Assembly: GCF_902713615.1 (NCBI RefSeq)
Contig: NW_024055491.1
Coordinates: forward strand, 124,001 to 188,000
DNA from: Scyliorhinus canicula
Taxonomy: Eukaryota
DNA length: 64,000 nt
Direction: 5' to 3'
Part shown: positions 22,757 through 35,992 of the stretch, piece after piece
How the letters are laid out: each line of letters starts with the position of its first letter
How positions within the stretch are numbered: the stretch's first letter is position 1
Program-made: the position numbers and the translations under genes
The notes under the pieces: generated by a model
What the model was told of the DNA's origin: nothing
What the model saw: only the letters and a program-made list of their open reading frames with translations
Databases searched by the model: none

Positions 22757-24397
22757 GGCTGTTAAATTTGGCCAGGGTGGTGGAACGAATGAAGGGAGAG
22801 TTTGGAGATGGGATGCACTCCCGCTGTCATTGGCAAGGAGGGTGCAGACTGTAAAGATGATAATCCTCCCTAGATTCCTGTTCATTTTTCAGTGCCTCCC
22901 GATCTTTATCCCACAGTCCTTCTTCAAAAGGGTTAATATGATGATCATGAGCTTTGTCTGGGCGGGAAAATCCCCGCGGGTGAAGAAGGCGATGCTTGAG
23001 AGGAGCCGCAGTGAGGGAGGGCTGGCATTGCCGAGTCTGATTAACTACTACTGGGTGGCTAACATAGCCATGATAAGGAAGTGGCTGGTGGGTACGGGGT
23101 CCATCTGGGAGGCGGCATCATGCAGGGGCACCAGCTTGGCAGCCCTGGTCATGGCTCCTCTACCGCTGCCGCCGGCCAGGTACTCCACCAGCCTGGTAGT
23201 GGTGGTGACCCTGCGGATATGGGGCCAGTGGAGGAGGCATGTAAGGGAAGTTTGGGCATCTGACTGGGCGCCAATCTGCGACAACCATCGGTTTGCCCCC
23301 GGGAGTATGGATGGGGGGTTTCGAGCGGTGGTGGGGAGGGTGGGCGTAATGTTCCTGGAAGGGAGCTTTGCGAGTCTGAGGAGCATGGAGGAGAAATTTG
23401 GTCTGGTAAGGGGAAACGATTTCAGGTACCTACAGTTGCGGGACTTTGTCTGTAGACAGGTCCCATCCTTCCCACGCCTATCACCAATGGGGATCCAAGA
23501 CAGAATAGTCTCTAGAGGGGAAGGAGGGGAGGGTAGAGTCTCTGATATTTATAAGGTGCTCATGAAGGGGGAAGGGTCCCAGACGGAGGAACTGAAACTC
23601 ATATGGGAGGAGAAGCTAGGCGGGGAAATGGAGGACGGGCTGTGGGCAGAAGCCCTGAGTAGGGTCAATTCGAGGACAACATGTGCCAGGCTTGGGCTGA
23701 TTCAATTTAAGGTCGCTCACCGGGCCCACATGATGGTGGCTCGGATGAGCAAATTCTTTGGGGTAGAGGACAAATGCGCTAGGTGTGCAGGAGGACCAGC
23801 GAACCACGTACACATGTTTTGGACGTGTCCGATGCTTAGGGGGTACTGGGAGGGATTTGCGGGGATCATGTCCTGGGTGCTAAAAACAAGGGTTGCGATG
23901 GGTCCAGGGGTGGCAATTTTTGGGGATTCGGAGGACCCGGGAGTCCAGGGTGAGAAAGAGGCCGATGTTGTGGCCTGTGCTTCCCTGATAGCCCGGCGAC
24001 AAACATTATTGGCATGGAGGGACCCAAAGCCCCCGAAGACTGACTTGTGGCTTTCGGACATGTCGAGTTTTCCAGGGTTGGAAAACATTAAATTCGCCTT
24101 GAGGGGATCTGTACAGGGGTTCGCCCGAAGGTGGCAGCCATTCATTGACTTCTTTGCGGGATAGTGAGCGTCAGCAGGGGTGGGGGGGGGGGGGGATGTT
24201 AGAGTAGAGTACAGTAGGAGGGATTAATTGGCGGCTAGTGTCGATGGGAGAGGAGCGGGCTTGTGCAGTATGGTACGATTGAAGTATTGATTCTACGTGG
24301 ATGTTTGCACATCTTTGCCTTTTTGCTTTCTTTTTGTTGATGTCTGTAACTGTTTACAATGCCGAAAAATACCTCAATAAAATTGTTTGTTAAAAGA
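22757..24397 (+). mobile_element. 5'-truncated L1/Tx1-type LINE with 16-bp TSD
   Basis: 444-aa ORF 22830-24164 homologous to the C-terminus of the 7364-13104 ORF2. TSD aaatt(c/g)taacaggatg at 22741-22756 and 24398-24413; the empty site is visible in the paralog at ~31157. Confidence 0.9.
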
Positions 24398-25044
24398 AAA
24401 TTGTAACAGGATGAGACAGGGCGGATGCAGAAAGGATGGTCCCTATGGCGGGGAAGATAGAACCAGATCTCACAGTCTAAGGATACGGGGTAAACCATTA
24501 AGGACTGAGATGAGGAGCAATGTCTTCACCCTGAGATTTGTGAATCTGTGGAATTCTCTATCACAGGACAGTTGAGTCCAAACTATTATCTGTTTTCAAG
24601 AAGGAGTTTGTTAAAGCTGTTGGGGATCAAAGCTCTAAAGGGACCAAATGATACGGGGGAAAGTGGAAACAGGTTACTAATGTGGATGACCAAGCATGAT
24701 CAGAATGAATAGCGGAGCAGGCTCGAGGGGCAGAATGGCCCACTCCTACTCTATTTTCTCTGTCATTGTGTTACAGCAAATCTGTTTCTTCTCATGTCGA
24801 ATGAGACCCTGTCTTTATTTATATTAAAGCAAACGCTGTCCCTGTTTATACTACACTGTTTTATTTGTGCCACACTCCATTAATATTACACTAGACCATG
24901 CATATGATTATATTATATTAAGTTCCACCTCTTTTATATTCTACAGGAATGTGTCTCTTTACATCACACCAGGGCCTGGCTCTGTTAATATTACACCGGA
25001 CCATGTTCCTGTTACCTGTCTCGATATTATAAATGATTGCATAT

Positions 25045-25980
25045 ATTTGCTTGTTGTGACTCATGGTGTTCCGCAGGGATCAGTGCTGGGACCTTTGCTG
25101 TTCGTGGTATATATAAATGATTTGGAGGAAAATGTAACTGGTCTGATTAGTAAGTTTGCGGACGACACAATGGTTGATGGGACGAAAGAGAAAATGCAGG
25201 AAAATCTCAGCAGGTCTGGCAGCATCTATAGGGAGAGAAAAGTGCTAATGTTTCGAGTCCAATGATTCTCTCTTACAAAGGTCAGTGGAATTGCGGATAT
25301 CAACGAGGACTGTCAGAGGATACAGCAGGATTTAGATCGTTTAGAGACTTGGGTGGACAGATGGCCGGTGGAGTTTAATCCGGACAAATGTGAGGTCATG
25401 CATTTTGGAAGGTCTAATACAGGTGGAAAATATACAGTGAATGGCAGAACCATCAAGAGTATTGACAGTAAGATAGTCTTAGTGTACAGGTCCACATGTC
25501 ACTGAAAGGGGCAATATAGGTGGAGAACGTAGTCAAGAAGACATACGACATGCTTCCCTTGATTGAACTGAAAGAAATGGAAATCGCTTTTTGCCTCAAG
25601 TAGGCTTTAAAAGAAGTTACTGTGAAGAGCCCCTAGTCGCCACATTCCGGCGCCTGTTAGGGGAGGCTGGTACGGGAATTAAACCGTGCTGCTGGCCTGT
25701 CTTGCTCTGCTTTCAAAGCCAGCAATTTAGCCCTGTGCTAAACATGCCCCTGGTCGGAGAATAGAGTTTTAAAATTGGCAAGTCATGTTGCAGCTGTATA
25801 GAACCTTAGTTCGGCCACACTTGGAGTGTAGTGTTCAATTCTGGTCGCCACAATACCAGAAGGATGTGGAGGCTTTTGAGAGGGTGAAGAAGAGGTTTAC
25901 CAGGATGTTGCCTGGTATGGAGGGCATTAGTTATGAGGAGAGGTTGAATAATCTTGGTTCGTTCTCACTGGAACGTGGTA
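25045..25980 (+). mobile_element. CR1 RT fragment carrying nested inserts (short Penelope-like tail ~25178-25275; short tRNA-SINE ~25568-25750, minus); duplicate at ~37975-38910
   Basis: [35 protein letters not shown] and LYRTLVRPHLECSVQFWSPQYQKD. Confidence 0.85.
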
Positions 25981-26329
25981 GACAGAACCGTGTCTCACAG
26001 TATCACCAGATTGGCACCCACAGGATAAATGTCCACCCAATCATAGAACACTCATCTGGTTAAGGAGAGCAATTGAAATCACTGCAAAAACGTATTGACC
26101 GTTAGTGTAGATGTATACATTGTTCTAAATGTTTGCAACTGTAATCCATCAGCATGTAATGCTGTCTTCAGAATTAATTGTTTCACTTTCCAATGTCTTC
26201 ATGCTTCTCGGCGCTAAACTCTGGTATTCATTCCCTACTCCTATTTACCTCAATTCCCTTATTAAAATCATCCCATATAACCTGCCTCGTCGACCAAGAT
26301 ATTAATAATCTGACCTAATAACTCTTTAC

Positions 26330-26545
26330 ACATATATTAATCCAGACCCTGCAGCAGGAATGACTGTAATAGACCCTGCCTCCGTTTATAATATTCCAGA
26401 CTCTGATTCAATGATCACTGCTCTATATCCGATATAATTTAGGGCAAATCAAACTTTGTATGAGTAATCGCTGCACTAGAACCTGTCTCGGTTTATGCTA
26501 GTGTGGACCCTGTATTTGTAATCGCTGCACTAGATCCAATCTCAG
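26330..26545 (+). repeat. 27-bp A/B minisatellite array; duplicate at ~39265-39478
   Basis: gaccctgcctccgtttataatattcca / gactctgattcaatgatcactgctcta, and gaacctgtctcggtttatgctagtgtg / gaccctgtatttgtaatcgctgcacta. Confidence 0.75.
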
Positions 26546-26820
26546 TACCACTGTTGCTTCACAGCGCCATAGTCCCAGGTTCGATTCCTGACTTGTGTCA
26601 CTGTGCGGAGACTGCACATTTCCCCCATGTCTGCGCGGGCTTCTTCCAGGTGCTCCGGTTTCCTCCCAAATGCCCCGAAAAGACGTGTTGTTAGGTAATT
26701 TGGACTTTCTGAATTCTCCCTCTGTGTACCCGAACAGGCGCCTGAATGTTGCGACTAGTAGCTTTTGACAGTAACTTCATAGCAGTGTTAATATAAGCCT
26801 ACTTGTGGCAATAACGATTA
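26545..26820 (+). mobile_element. V-SINE; duplicate at ~39478-39755
   Basis: cactgttgcttcacagcgcc...ggttcgattcc B-box, V-domain, cagtaacttcat...gtggcaataa tail. Confidence 0.8.
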
Positions 26821-27059
26821 TTGGATTAGTTTAGGTTAATGTCCACCGTGTATGAGTGATAATTGTTTAAGACCTTTTCATAGAGTCATGGAGTCTTAGA
26901 GGTTTACAATACAGAAAGACACCCTTCACCCATCGTATCTGCGATGGCAATCAAGGACCTATCCATTCTAAGATCAAGAACAGATGGTCTTCGTACCATA
27001 AAACCATAAGACAAAGGAGTAGACCTAGATCATCAGGCCCATCGAGTGTGCTCCTTCAA

Positions 27060-27290
27060 ACATTTTTAAAAATGAATTTAGAGTCGGCAATTCATTTTTT
27101 CCAATGAAGGGGCAATTTAGCGTGGCCAATCCACCTACCCTGAACATCTTTTGGGTTGTGGGGGTGAAACCCACGAAAACACGGGGAGAATGTGTAAACT
27201 CCACACGGGCAGTGACCCAGGGCCGGGATCGACCTCGGCGCCGTGAGGCAGCTGTGCTAACCACTGCGCCACCGTGCTGCCCATCCTCAT
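27060..27290 (-). mobile_element. V-SINE; duplicate at ~39995-40215
   Basis: Minus strand gggcagcacggtggcgcagtggttagcac head and gtggattggccacgctaaattgcccc tail. Confidence 0.8.
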
Positions 27291-30131
27291 TCAATGATGC
27301 CTGCTATGTTTCTAATCGCCTATCTCCTGTTTTTCCCCAGAACCCCCGATCCCCTTATTAATCAAGAAACTATCTATCTCTGTCAGGCTGGTTAGATATT
27401 GGGAAAGATCCGTCGGCACTGCCACATCAAATCCTCACCACACTGTGCAGCTCAGGTTAGATACAGAGTAAGTATTTCTCTACAGTTCTCACTAAACACT
27501 ACAAGGTAATTGAATGCTCCAACCACCTTTTGGAGGAAAACTCTCTCTATGTATTCCAATTCATTGGATTAGATCCATTTAGTTGGAAGCCAATGGGGTG
27601 TGGTCGGGCTGAGAGAATATATTGGGCACATGTTGACTTCAGTTTGTTGATTACAGTCAATGACACATCGTGGAGAGACATGAGACAGAACCAATTGGGA
27701 GAAAGACACAGATATCAGATACAGGAAAACTTTACGAACACTTTTGGCATGTCATAATATTTCGAGATTAAAGGGAAACTTTCCTAATTCTGAACATGGA
27801 TATCATGATGACATTTTTATCATATAACTGATGAAGAAACACATGTCCAAAAACAATTACTACTTGAATCCGTTAATCTATTTACATCTTCATCTCTATT
27901 TCTGTGCTGTGTCGGCGGGGAAATAGTTGTTTTGTTTTTGTCAGTCTACAATCTAAACTGGGCCTTCTATTTCTGTGTTTATTTACATAAACACCTCACT
28001 GGCACAATGTCAGCAAAACGAGATAAACACATTCACTTATTGATTAGTTTCAACTCAAAATAGCGGGTTATTTTAAGGATATTTACAGTCTGTTAAAATG
28101 TATAGAAACCTCCATTAGATCAGATGTTACTTAATTGAAACAAAGAATACAGTTGAATTAAGTATTAATTCTGAAAGTTCTGATGTCTCAATTAATAAAG
28201 CATCTTCAATCAGGCTGTTATTCCACTGAATGCTAAGTTGATTGAAATGTTAACCGATTTAAAGTAGATAAATTTAAACATCAGGCAGAGGAGTGACCGA
28301 TAGTCACATTAATCTCAGATCTTTCAAAATATTCCAACCTGCATTTTAAAATGATAACATTTGGAAAGAGCTTGCTTTTGTGAAACGCTTTACTCAACGG
28401 TCATCCCAATGCCCTGACAACTCACTGATGTATTTTTGCTGAATTTAGTTACTGCTGAAATATTGGAAACATAGCAGGGAATTTGTGCACAGCAAGATCC
28501 CAAAAACTGAAATGTGATAAGTGACCAACTAATCTGTGATTTATGTTCAAGAACGGATATTGGTCGAGGATGCTGGGTAAATCAGCTCGACTCTTTATCA
28601 TTACGTCAATGAGGCAATCCACCTGAAATGTGAATCTGTTTCTCTCTGCTGATGCTCACTGACCTGCTGAGCAGCCTTTTTTAAATGTTGTTTTTGTTTT
28701 ACATTTCCGGATCCTGCAGCACTTTGCACGGTTTTAACATTCATTCCCGGCCTATGACCCTAACTGGTAACGTCAGCATTGCCTGTCCATCCTGAGAAGC
28801 CGGATGTGAAACACCTTTTAGATAAGGTGCACTTTGGACGTTTGAATTCACATTTGACTTTATGTAGCAGATTCTCTTCAGCTGACTGGCTTTCTCGGCA
28901 ATATCAGAGTTCGTTAAGCGCCAACCACATCACTGCTGAACTAGTCACATATGGGCCACACAGGGGAAGGCGGGAAGATTTCTTCTCCTGAAGGACATTG
29001 GTGAACCTGCTGGGATTTGGGAAATTTCGCTAGCTTCATGAGTATTATGAATGACACGACGATTTTTATTTCTGATTTATTAATTCGTTCAATTGAAAGC
29101 CCCCCAGCTGCCATAAAACCATAAGATGTCGGAGCAGAAGTTGGCCATTCGGCCCATGGAATCTGACTGGCATTCAAAGAGATCGTGGCTGAACTGATTA
29201 AATCCTCAAGTCCACTTTTCCTCTTTATCCCCATAATTCTTGATTCCCTTACTGTTGAAAAATCTGTCTGTCTCAGCAATTAGCATATATATTCAACCGG
29301 CCTCTCCAATTCGCTGCAGCAAAGAATTCCATAGAATCACTCCTTCTGAGAAAATAAATTCCTCTTCATCGTCGTCTGAAATGAACGACACCTTACTCTG
29401 AGATTGTGCCCTATGGTCCTAGACTCTCCCACAAGCAGAAACAACCTCGAGCATCTGCACTGTCAAGTGCCCTGAGAATACTATATATCTCAGTAAGTTC
29501 GCATCTCATTCTTCTAAACTCCAGTGCCTGTAGGCCTTTCCTACTTAACCTCTCCTCATGTCAGTCACTTTGGTGCAATTGGTCAACGTGTTTGGCTGTA
29601 AACCGAAAGGTCTGTGGTTCAAGACCATCTAGGGCCGGATTCTTCTCTATTTGATGACAGGCGCAGTAACTATGGGCCGAAGGAATTCTTGCTGGGCTGT
29701 GAAATTCCAGCTACCTATGAAAATCCAGCCATACCCATTAGCCTAATGAACCTTCTCTGGACTGCCTCCAAAATATCTATCCTTAGGTAAGGAGACCAAA
29801 ACTGCTCACGTCATTACAATATGCCCTGGTGGAATTTGTACTGCCTCTGGAGTAATAGTGAGGGCCTCCAGATTACCACTCCAATAATAATATTGCGAAA
29901 CACCTATAATATCATCACATCCAAAAGATAGAACAACTGAACATAAAATACTCCTACATTGTGAGAGGTGATATTGAAACAAGACTATTGACCTATCATG
30001 CTTTGCATTTTGACATTACATTCTGAAATCTTGCTCAGTGTATCTAAAGTTCGAATTCTGGGTCCCGCCTTACATCGGTCAATTTAATTTTCAGAGGCTA
30101 GTCTGTTATTAGTTTTGTGTCTTATTCTTTT

Positions 30132-30350
30132 GTAAATTTAGAGTAGCCAATTATTTTTTCCCATCAAGGGGCAAATTTAGCGTGGTCAATCCACCTACCC
30201 TGCACATCTTTGGGTTGTGGGGGCGAAACCCACGCAAACACGGGGCGAATGTGCAAACTCCACACGCACAGGAACCCAGAGCCGGGATCGAACTTGGGAC
30301 CTGGGTGCCGTGAGGCAGCAGTGCTAACCTATGCACCACCGTGCTGCCCC
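30132..30350 (-). mobile_element. V-SINE; duplicate at ~43055-43272; absent from the older paralog X1
   Basis: Same family as 27060-27290; the X1 sequence at ~22420 is uninterrupted. Confidence 0.8.
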
Positions 30351-30483
30351 CGTCTTGCGTTTTATTCTGACACGATGGTAATGGTGAACGGGAGTTCCAC
30401 TGGCTCCATATAAAATGTCAGTAATTCCAAAAATAGCATCTGAACACAAGCAAGGCAGAACAATATTTACAACTGGGCCTTCC

Positions 30484-30927
30484 AAATTCGCCCTGAGAGG
30501 GTCGGTGCAGGGGTTTTTCAGGCGATGGCAACCCTTCCTAGACCTCTTGGATCAGAGATAGAAACTGAGGCCGTGACAGCAGCAACCCGGGAGGGGAGGG
30601 GAGGGCGGGAGGGAGGGGGGAGGAGGGGGGGGGAGGGGGGACAAAGACGAAGGAAGGACGGTAGCGGTGGTGGCACGGGCAAGGCCTGCCCGAGGACGCT
30701 GCTAGAAATGATAAGTTGGTCTGACTGTCGGTTCGCCGGCGGGGGGGGGGGGGGGGGGGGTGGGGGGACGCGCGAGTAGGGGGGGGGGGGACTTTTTTCT
30801 CTTTTTCTTGTTAAGTAGGGGGATTTGACTTTGTTTTGTTATAATTTAAATGTAAATGTAGGGGGGGGTTAAAATGTTTGTATTTTGAAAAATTTCTTCA
30901 ATAAAAATTATTTAAAAAAAAAAAAAA
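30484..30927 (+). mobile_element. Young 5'-truncated L1 3' end (444 bp) with poly(A) and 15-bp TSD; present in copy 1 only
   Basis: TSD acaactgggccttcc at 30469-30483 and 30928-30942; the empty site is at ~43391. Confidence 0.92.
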
Positions 30928-32629
30928 ACAACTGGGCCTTCCCACTGCATGAGCTGCACGGTCAGAGCGGTTGGATGCAGGGATTGTTTTCCTTAGAACC
31001 GAGTAGTTTTTGGGAGGCGTGGTAAAAATGGTCAAAATTATGAAGGGTTTTGTTTGATTAATTAGGAAGAAACTTGATTCACTGACAGGAGGGTCAGAAA
31101 TCAGAAGACACTAATTTATGAAATATTAAATCCCCCACTCTGATTATAAACCGATCAAATTGTAATAGGACTAGACAGAGCGGATGCAGAAAGGATGTGT
31201 CCAATGTCGGGGAAAGTAAAACCAGGGGTCACAGTCGAAGGATATGGGGTAAATCATTTAATACTGAGATGAGGAGCAATGTCTTCACCCTGGGAGTTGT
31301 GAACCTGTGGAATTCTCTACCACAGAACGAAGTTGACTCCAAAGTATTGTATGTTTCCAAGGAGGAGTTAGATAAAGCTCTTGGGGATCAAAACTCTGAA
31401 GGGACCAAATGATGTGGGGGAAAGTGGGAACAGGTTACTGAGGTGGATGATCAGCCATGATCATAATGAATAGCGGAGTAGGCTCGAAGGGCAGAATGGT
31501 CTACTCCTGCTCTATTTTCCATGTATAACATCAAATCTGTTTATTCTCATGTTAAATGAGACCCTGTCTTTATTTCTATCAAAGTAACCCCTGTCCCTGT
31601 TTATACTACACTGTGCTGTTTGTGCTACACTCAATTAATAATACGCTAGAACATGCATGGGATTATATTACATTAAATTCCGGCTCTATTATATGCCACA
31701 GGAATTTGTATCTTTACGTCACACCAAGGCCTGTCTCTGTTGATATTACACCGGACCATGATCCAGTTGTCTCTCGATATTATAAATGATTGTACATATT
31801 TGCTTGTTTCTCCGAGTAAAATCATAATTGATTTTGAGATTATGTTAATTCCTGTTACCAGCCTCTCGTACCAGCCTCCCCGGACAGACGCCGGAATGTG
31901 GCGACTAAGGGCTTTTCACAGTAACTTCATTGAAGCCTACTCGTGACAATAAAGCGATTTTCATTTCATTTTCATAATATCTATAAGTAGTTGCATTAAA
32001 TGTGTATTTGCTCTGCTATCATGTGGGCAATATTGAGTTGAATATTTACCAACATCCCAGTAATGAATTGGTCTTGTGAGACATGTCTACATGTGAACAC
32101 CGGTGTACTGCAATTTCCAACATTTAGTGGAAATCTCTGTTTTGTTCAAAATTATGAATTTACTCTTGTGTTATACTCGATCGATTGGAAAGGTTTTTTC
32201 ACGATGATGATTATTTTCCTGCCTCGAATTATATTAGCCAATCACCCGATGCACTGGCCCAGAGTTAGACAGAACCGTGTTCTCACAGTATCGCCACGAT
32301 GGTAATGGTGGGCACCCATAGGAGAAATGTCCACCCAATCATAAAACACTCATCTGGTTAAGAAAATCAACTAAAATCGCTGCAAAAACTTATTGACCGT
32401 TCGTCCAGGTGTGTATATGAAACAGTTCTCGTAATTTTTGCAACTCCAATCGATCAAGACGTATTGTTATCTTCAGAATTATTTGGTTCACTTTGCGATG
32501 GCTTCACATGTCTCGGTCCTCAGCTATGGTTTGAATTCCCTTCTCCTCTTTAACTCACATCCATTATTAAAACCTGCCTCGTCAACCACGTTTTTAATCA
32601 TCTGGCCTAATAACTCTTTACACATGTAT

Positions 32630-32890
32630 TAATCCAGAACCTGACCAGGAATCAATGCAATGGACCCTGTCTCAGTTTATAATATTCTAGATACTGTATG
32701 AATAATCACTGCTTTAGATCCTATCTCATTTAAGGTTAATCAAACTTTGTGTCAGTAATCGCTGCATTAGAACCTGTCTCGGTTCATGTTAATCCAGACC
32801 CTGTATCAGTAATCACTGCAGGAGATCCAATCTCAATTTTGGTTAATCTACACCCTGTATTAGTGATCATTACTTTAGACCCTGTCATAG
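32630..32890 (+). repeat. 27-bp A/B minisatellite array; duplicate at ~45085-45345
   Basis: Translates as a 9-residue repeat, ...IAALEPVSVHVNPDPVSVITAGDPISILVNLHPVLVIITLDPV. Confidence 0.8.
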
Positions 32891-33013
32891 AGTCATGGAG
32901 TCTGAGAGCTTTACAGTATAGAAAGATGTCCTTCCACCCACCATATCTGCGACGTCAAGCAAGCACCTATCTATGCTAAAATCGTCCACAGATGGTCTTC
33001 CATAAAATCATAA

Positions 33014-33558
33014 TGTGGAGATGCCGGCGTTGGACTGGGGTGAGCACAGTAAGAAGTCTTACAACACCAGGTTAAAGTCCAACAGGTTTGTTTCAAACAC
33101 GAGCTTTCGGAGCACGGCTCCTTCTTCAGGTGAATGGAAAGGCTTGTTCCAGAAATGTTTATATAGACACAGTCAGAGATGCCCCGGAATGCGAGCACCT
33201 GCAGGCAATCAAATCATCAAAGATGCAGAGAGAGAGGTAACTCCAGGTTAAAGAGGTGTGAATTGTCCCAAGCCAGTTCAGTCGGTGGGCCTCTGCAAGT
33301 CCAGGCTTGTTGGTGGGGGCCGAATGTAATGCGACATGAATCCCAGATCCCGGTTGAGTCCGCATTCATGCGTGCGGAACTTAGCTATAAGTTTTTGCTC
33401 AGCAATTTTGCGTTGTCGCGTCTCCTGAAGGCCTCCTTGTAGAATGCTGACCCGGAGATCAGAGGCTGAATGTCCTTGACTGCTGAAGTGTTCCCCAACT
33501 GGAAGGGAACAGTCCTGCCTGTTGATAGTCGCACGATGCCCGTTTATTCGTTGTCGTA
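33014..33558 (-). mobile_element. 5'-truncated Penelope-like element (GIY-YIG endonuclease C-terminus plus pLTR), 12-bp TSD; present in copy 1 only
   Basis: RQRINGHRATINRQDCSLPVGEHFSSQGHSASDLRVSILQGG...IAEQKLIAKFRTHECGLNRD. TSD ataaaatcataa at 33002-33013 and 33559-33570; the empty site is at ~45463. Confidence 0.88.
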
Positions 33559-33569
33559 ATAAAATCATA

Positions 33570-35930
33570 AAACATAGGAGCAGGACCCGGCCTTTCAGTC
33601 CATCGAGTCTGTTCTGCATTCAATCATGACTGTTATATTTCTAATCCCCATTCTCTTGCCTACTCCCCATAATCCCTGATCCCCTTACTGATTAAGAACC
33701 TATCTATCTCTATCTTAAAGACACTCAGTGATTTTGCCTCCACAGCCTTCTGCGGGAATGAGTTCCACAGATTCAAGACCCGCTGGCTGAATAAATTTCT
33801 CCTCTTCTGTTTTCAAGTGTCGTCCCTTAAATCTGAGGCTGTGCCCTCGGGTTCTAGTTTCATCCACTAGGCCTCTCGCTATTCTGTACATTTCAATGAG
33901 GCCCCCCGCCTGGCCCCCGGCGCCCCTCCTCCCCCACAGCACCTCATCCTTCTAAATTCCACCCGATGCAGCCCCAGAGTCGTCAACCGCTCCTCATATG
34001 TCAGGATGACAAGCCTGTCATTCCGAGGATCAGTCTTGTGAATCTCCTCTGGAGCTTCTCCAAGGCCATCGCATCCTTCCTTAGAAAACGGGACCAAACT
34101 GCTCACAATATTCTAAATGGCGGCTGGCCAGAACCTTATAGAGCCTCAACAGTTACACCCCTGTTCCTGTAATTTAGCCCATGCAACATGAATGCTAACA
34201 CTGCATTTGTCTTCCCAGCTGCCAACTGAACCTGCATGTTAATCTTAAGAGAATCCTCAACTAGAATTCCTAAGTCTATTTGAGCTTCTGATTTCCTCAG
34301 CCTTACCCCAATTAGAAAATACTCCATGTTTCCTCCACAGTGCAGAACCTCCCACTTTTTTACATTGTATTCCATCTGCTACTTCTTTGCACACTCGCTT
34401 AGCCTGACCAGGTCTTTATGCACCCTCTGGGCTCCCTCAGCACAACCTGTTCCTCTGCGTAACTTTGCATCGTCTGAAAACGTAGAAGCAGTGCCCTAAG
34501 TTCAAAAGTAATAATAAAAATCTTTATTCATTTTTACATTCGATCAGCTTTTAACGGCTTTCCCTATCCTCTGGCATCCCATTAATCTTCGCCACATTGT
34601 TTGCTTATTCCTTTGCTTTTATGTTATCCTTGACTCCCCTTGTCAACCATGGATGCTCTGTCCTCCCTTAGCATGGTTCCTCCTCCTTGGGATGAATTTT
34701 TGTCGTGCCTCGTGAATATTTCTCAAAACGTCCTGCCACTGCTATTGCAGCAGGGGCTGGTTTAGCACTGGGCTAAATAGCTGGCTTTAGGGCAGACCAA
34801 GGCAGGCCAGCAGCGCGGGTTCAATGCCCGTACCAGTCTTCCCGAACAGGCGCCAGAATGTGGCGACTAGCGGTTTTTCACAGTAACTTTATTTGAAGCC
34901 TACTTGCGACAACAAGCGATTTTCATTCACTGACTTCCCTGCGCGACTCCCGATCCAATCAACTCTGGCCAGCTCCGCCCTTTATCTTTGTTGTTACCTT
35001 TAATCAATTGTAATACCGTAACATTTGATTCCAGCTTCTACCTCCCCAACTGCAGGTGAATTCTATCATATTGTGGTCACTGTGCCGTGTGTGTTCCTTC
35101 ACCTTAGGTTCCCTACTCAAGTTTCATTACATATCACCAAATGCGGAACTGCCTGTTCCCTGACTGTGCTCTATCACAAGATGCTCCAATGCTCCAAAAA
35201 ACCTTCTCGTCGATATTCCACAAATTCCTTTTCTTGGGATCTGCTACCAACCTGACTTTTCCAGTCCACTTGCATATTGAAACCCCCCTATGATTATTGT
35301 GATATTGCCTCTCTTATATGCGTTTTCTATCTCCTGATTTATTTTCAGCCCCACATTCTGACTACGGCTAGGGGTCTGTACGTAACTCTCACCAGGGTCT
35401 TTTTTCCTTTGCGTTTCATCAACTCTGCCCACAAGGATTCTATGCACTCTGACACTAAATTTCTTCTTGCTATCGCGTTAATTTCATTCCATACTCACAA
35501 CGCTACCCCGCCTCCTTTCCCCATCTGCCTGCCCTTTCGATAGGACACATATCCTTGGATATTTAGATTCCAGCCCTGATTCCCTCGCAGCCGCGTCTCT
35601 GTGATGTCCGCAACATCGTACCGACAGAATCCAATGTGAGCAATGAGTTCATTTACCTTGTTCCCTATACTGCGCACATTTAGGTACAACACCCTCAGTT
35701 CTGCGTTGACCATCCCTTTTCAAAGTTGTCCCTTTTTCTGCTGTGTCTGAAGTTGCGTACCTGCCACTTTCCATACACCCTACATGCTCTGGAAACTTTA
35801 CTAACCTCAGCCTGTTTTGTTCGGTTAATGTCCTGATCATTAACCTGCACTCACACCTTCTCTTTTAACGTTGGTTTTCTAATTTTTCATACAACCGACC
35901 TCCCCCTCCCCGCAGTATTTAGTTTTAATG
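33570..35930 (-). mobile_element. Degenerate CR1 fragments (RT 3' part ~33570-34500; endonuclease part ~34560-35930) with a nested short tRNA-SINE (34753-34928, +); duplicate at ~45470-47820
   Basis: LRVLYLNVRSIGNKVNEL...ITET...GKGGGVAL (EN) and MEYNVKKWEVLH (RT); SINE head ggggctggtttagcactgggct. Confidence 0.8.
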
Positions 35931-35992
35931 CATCACTTATCTGCATTGAATTTTATCTGCCACATATCTGCCTGTGTACATGAAAAAGCCAG

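Larger units (their letters stand above)
19680..27385 (+). repeat. Segmental duplication unit X1 (older paralog of 27385-33715)
   Basis: Collinear blocks: 19760~27460, 20660~28340, 21360~29110, 22430~30380, 24420~31170, 25980~32270, 26880~32886. Confidence 0.85.
23071..35992 (+). repeat. Young tandem segmental duplication, copy 1 (~12.9 kb)
   Basis: Near-identical ORFs at an offset of 12920-12934 (24867/37798, 25785/38716, 27530/40464, 28779/41699, 30151/43073). Confidence 0.95.

Noticed and set aside
27530-27757. 75-aa ORF conserved at 40464-40691
   Set aside because: Conservation is explained by the recent duplication. The older paralog (~19850) has in-frame stops and a 4-bp indel, and the apparent splice acceptor is part of the ~66-bp satellite.
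25996-32292. Isolated heptamer-like CACAGTA/CACTGTG sites (also ~4855, ~14721) as possible cryptic RSSs
   Set aside because: No nonamer at a 12 or 22-23 nt spacing.
32630-32890. 27-bp repeats as a CRISPR-like array
   Set aside because: Units are contiguous and degenerate with no unique spacers, and the context is a vertebrate genome with no cas genes.
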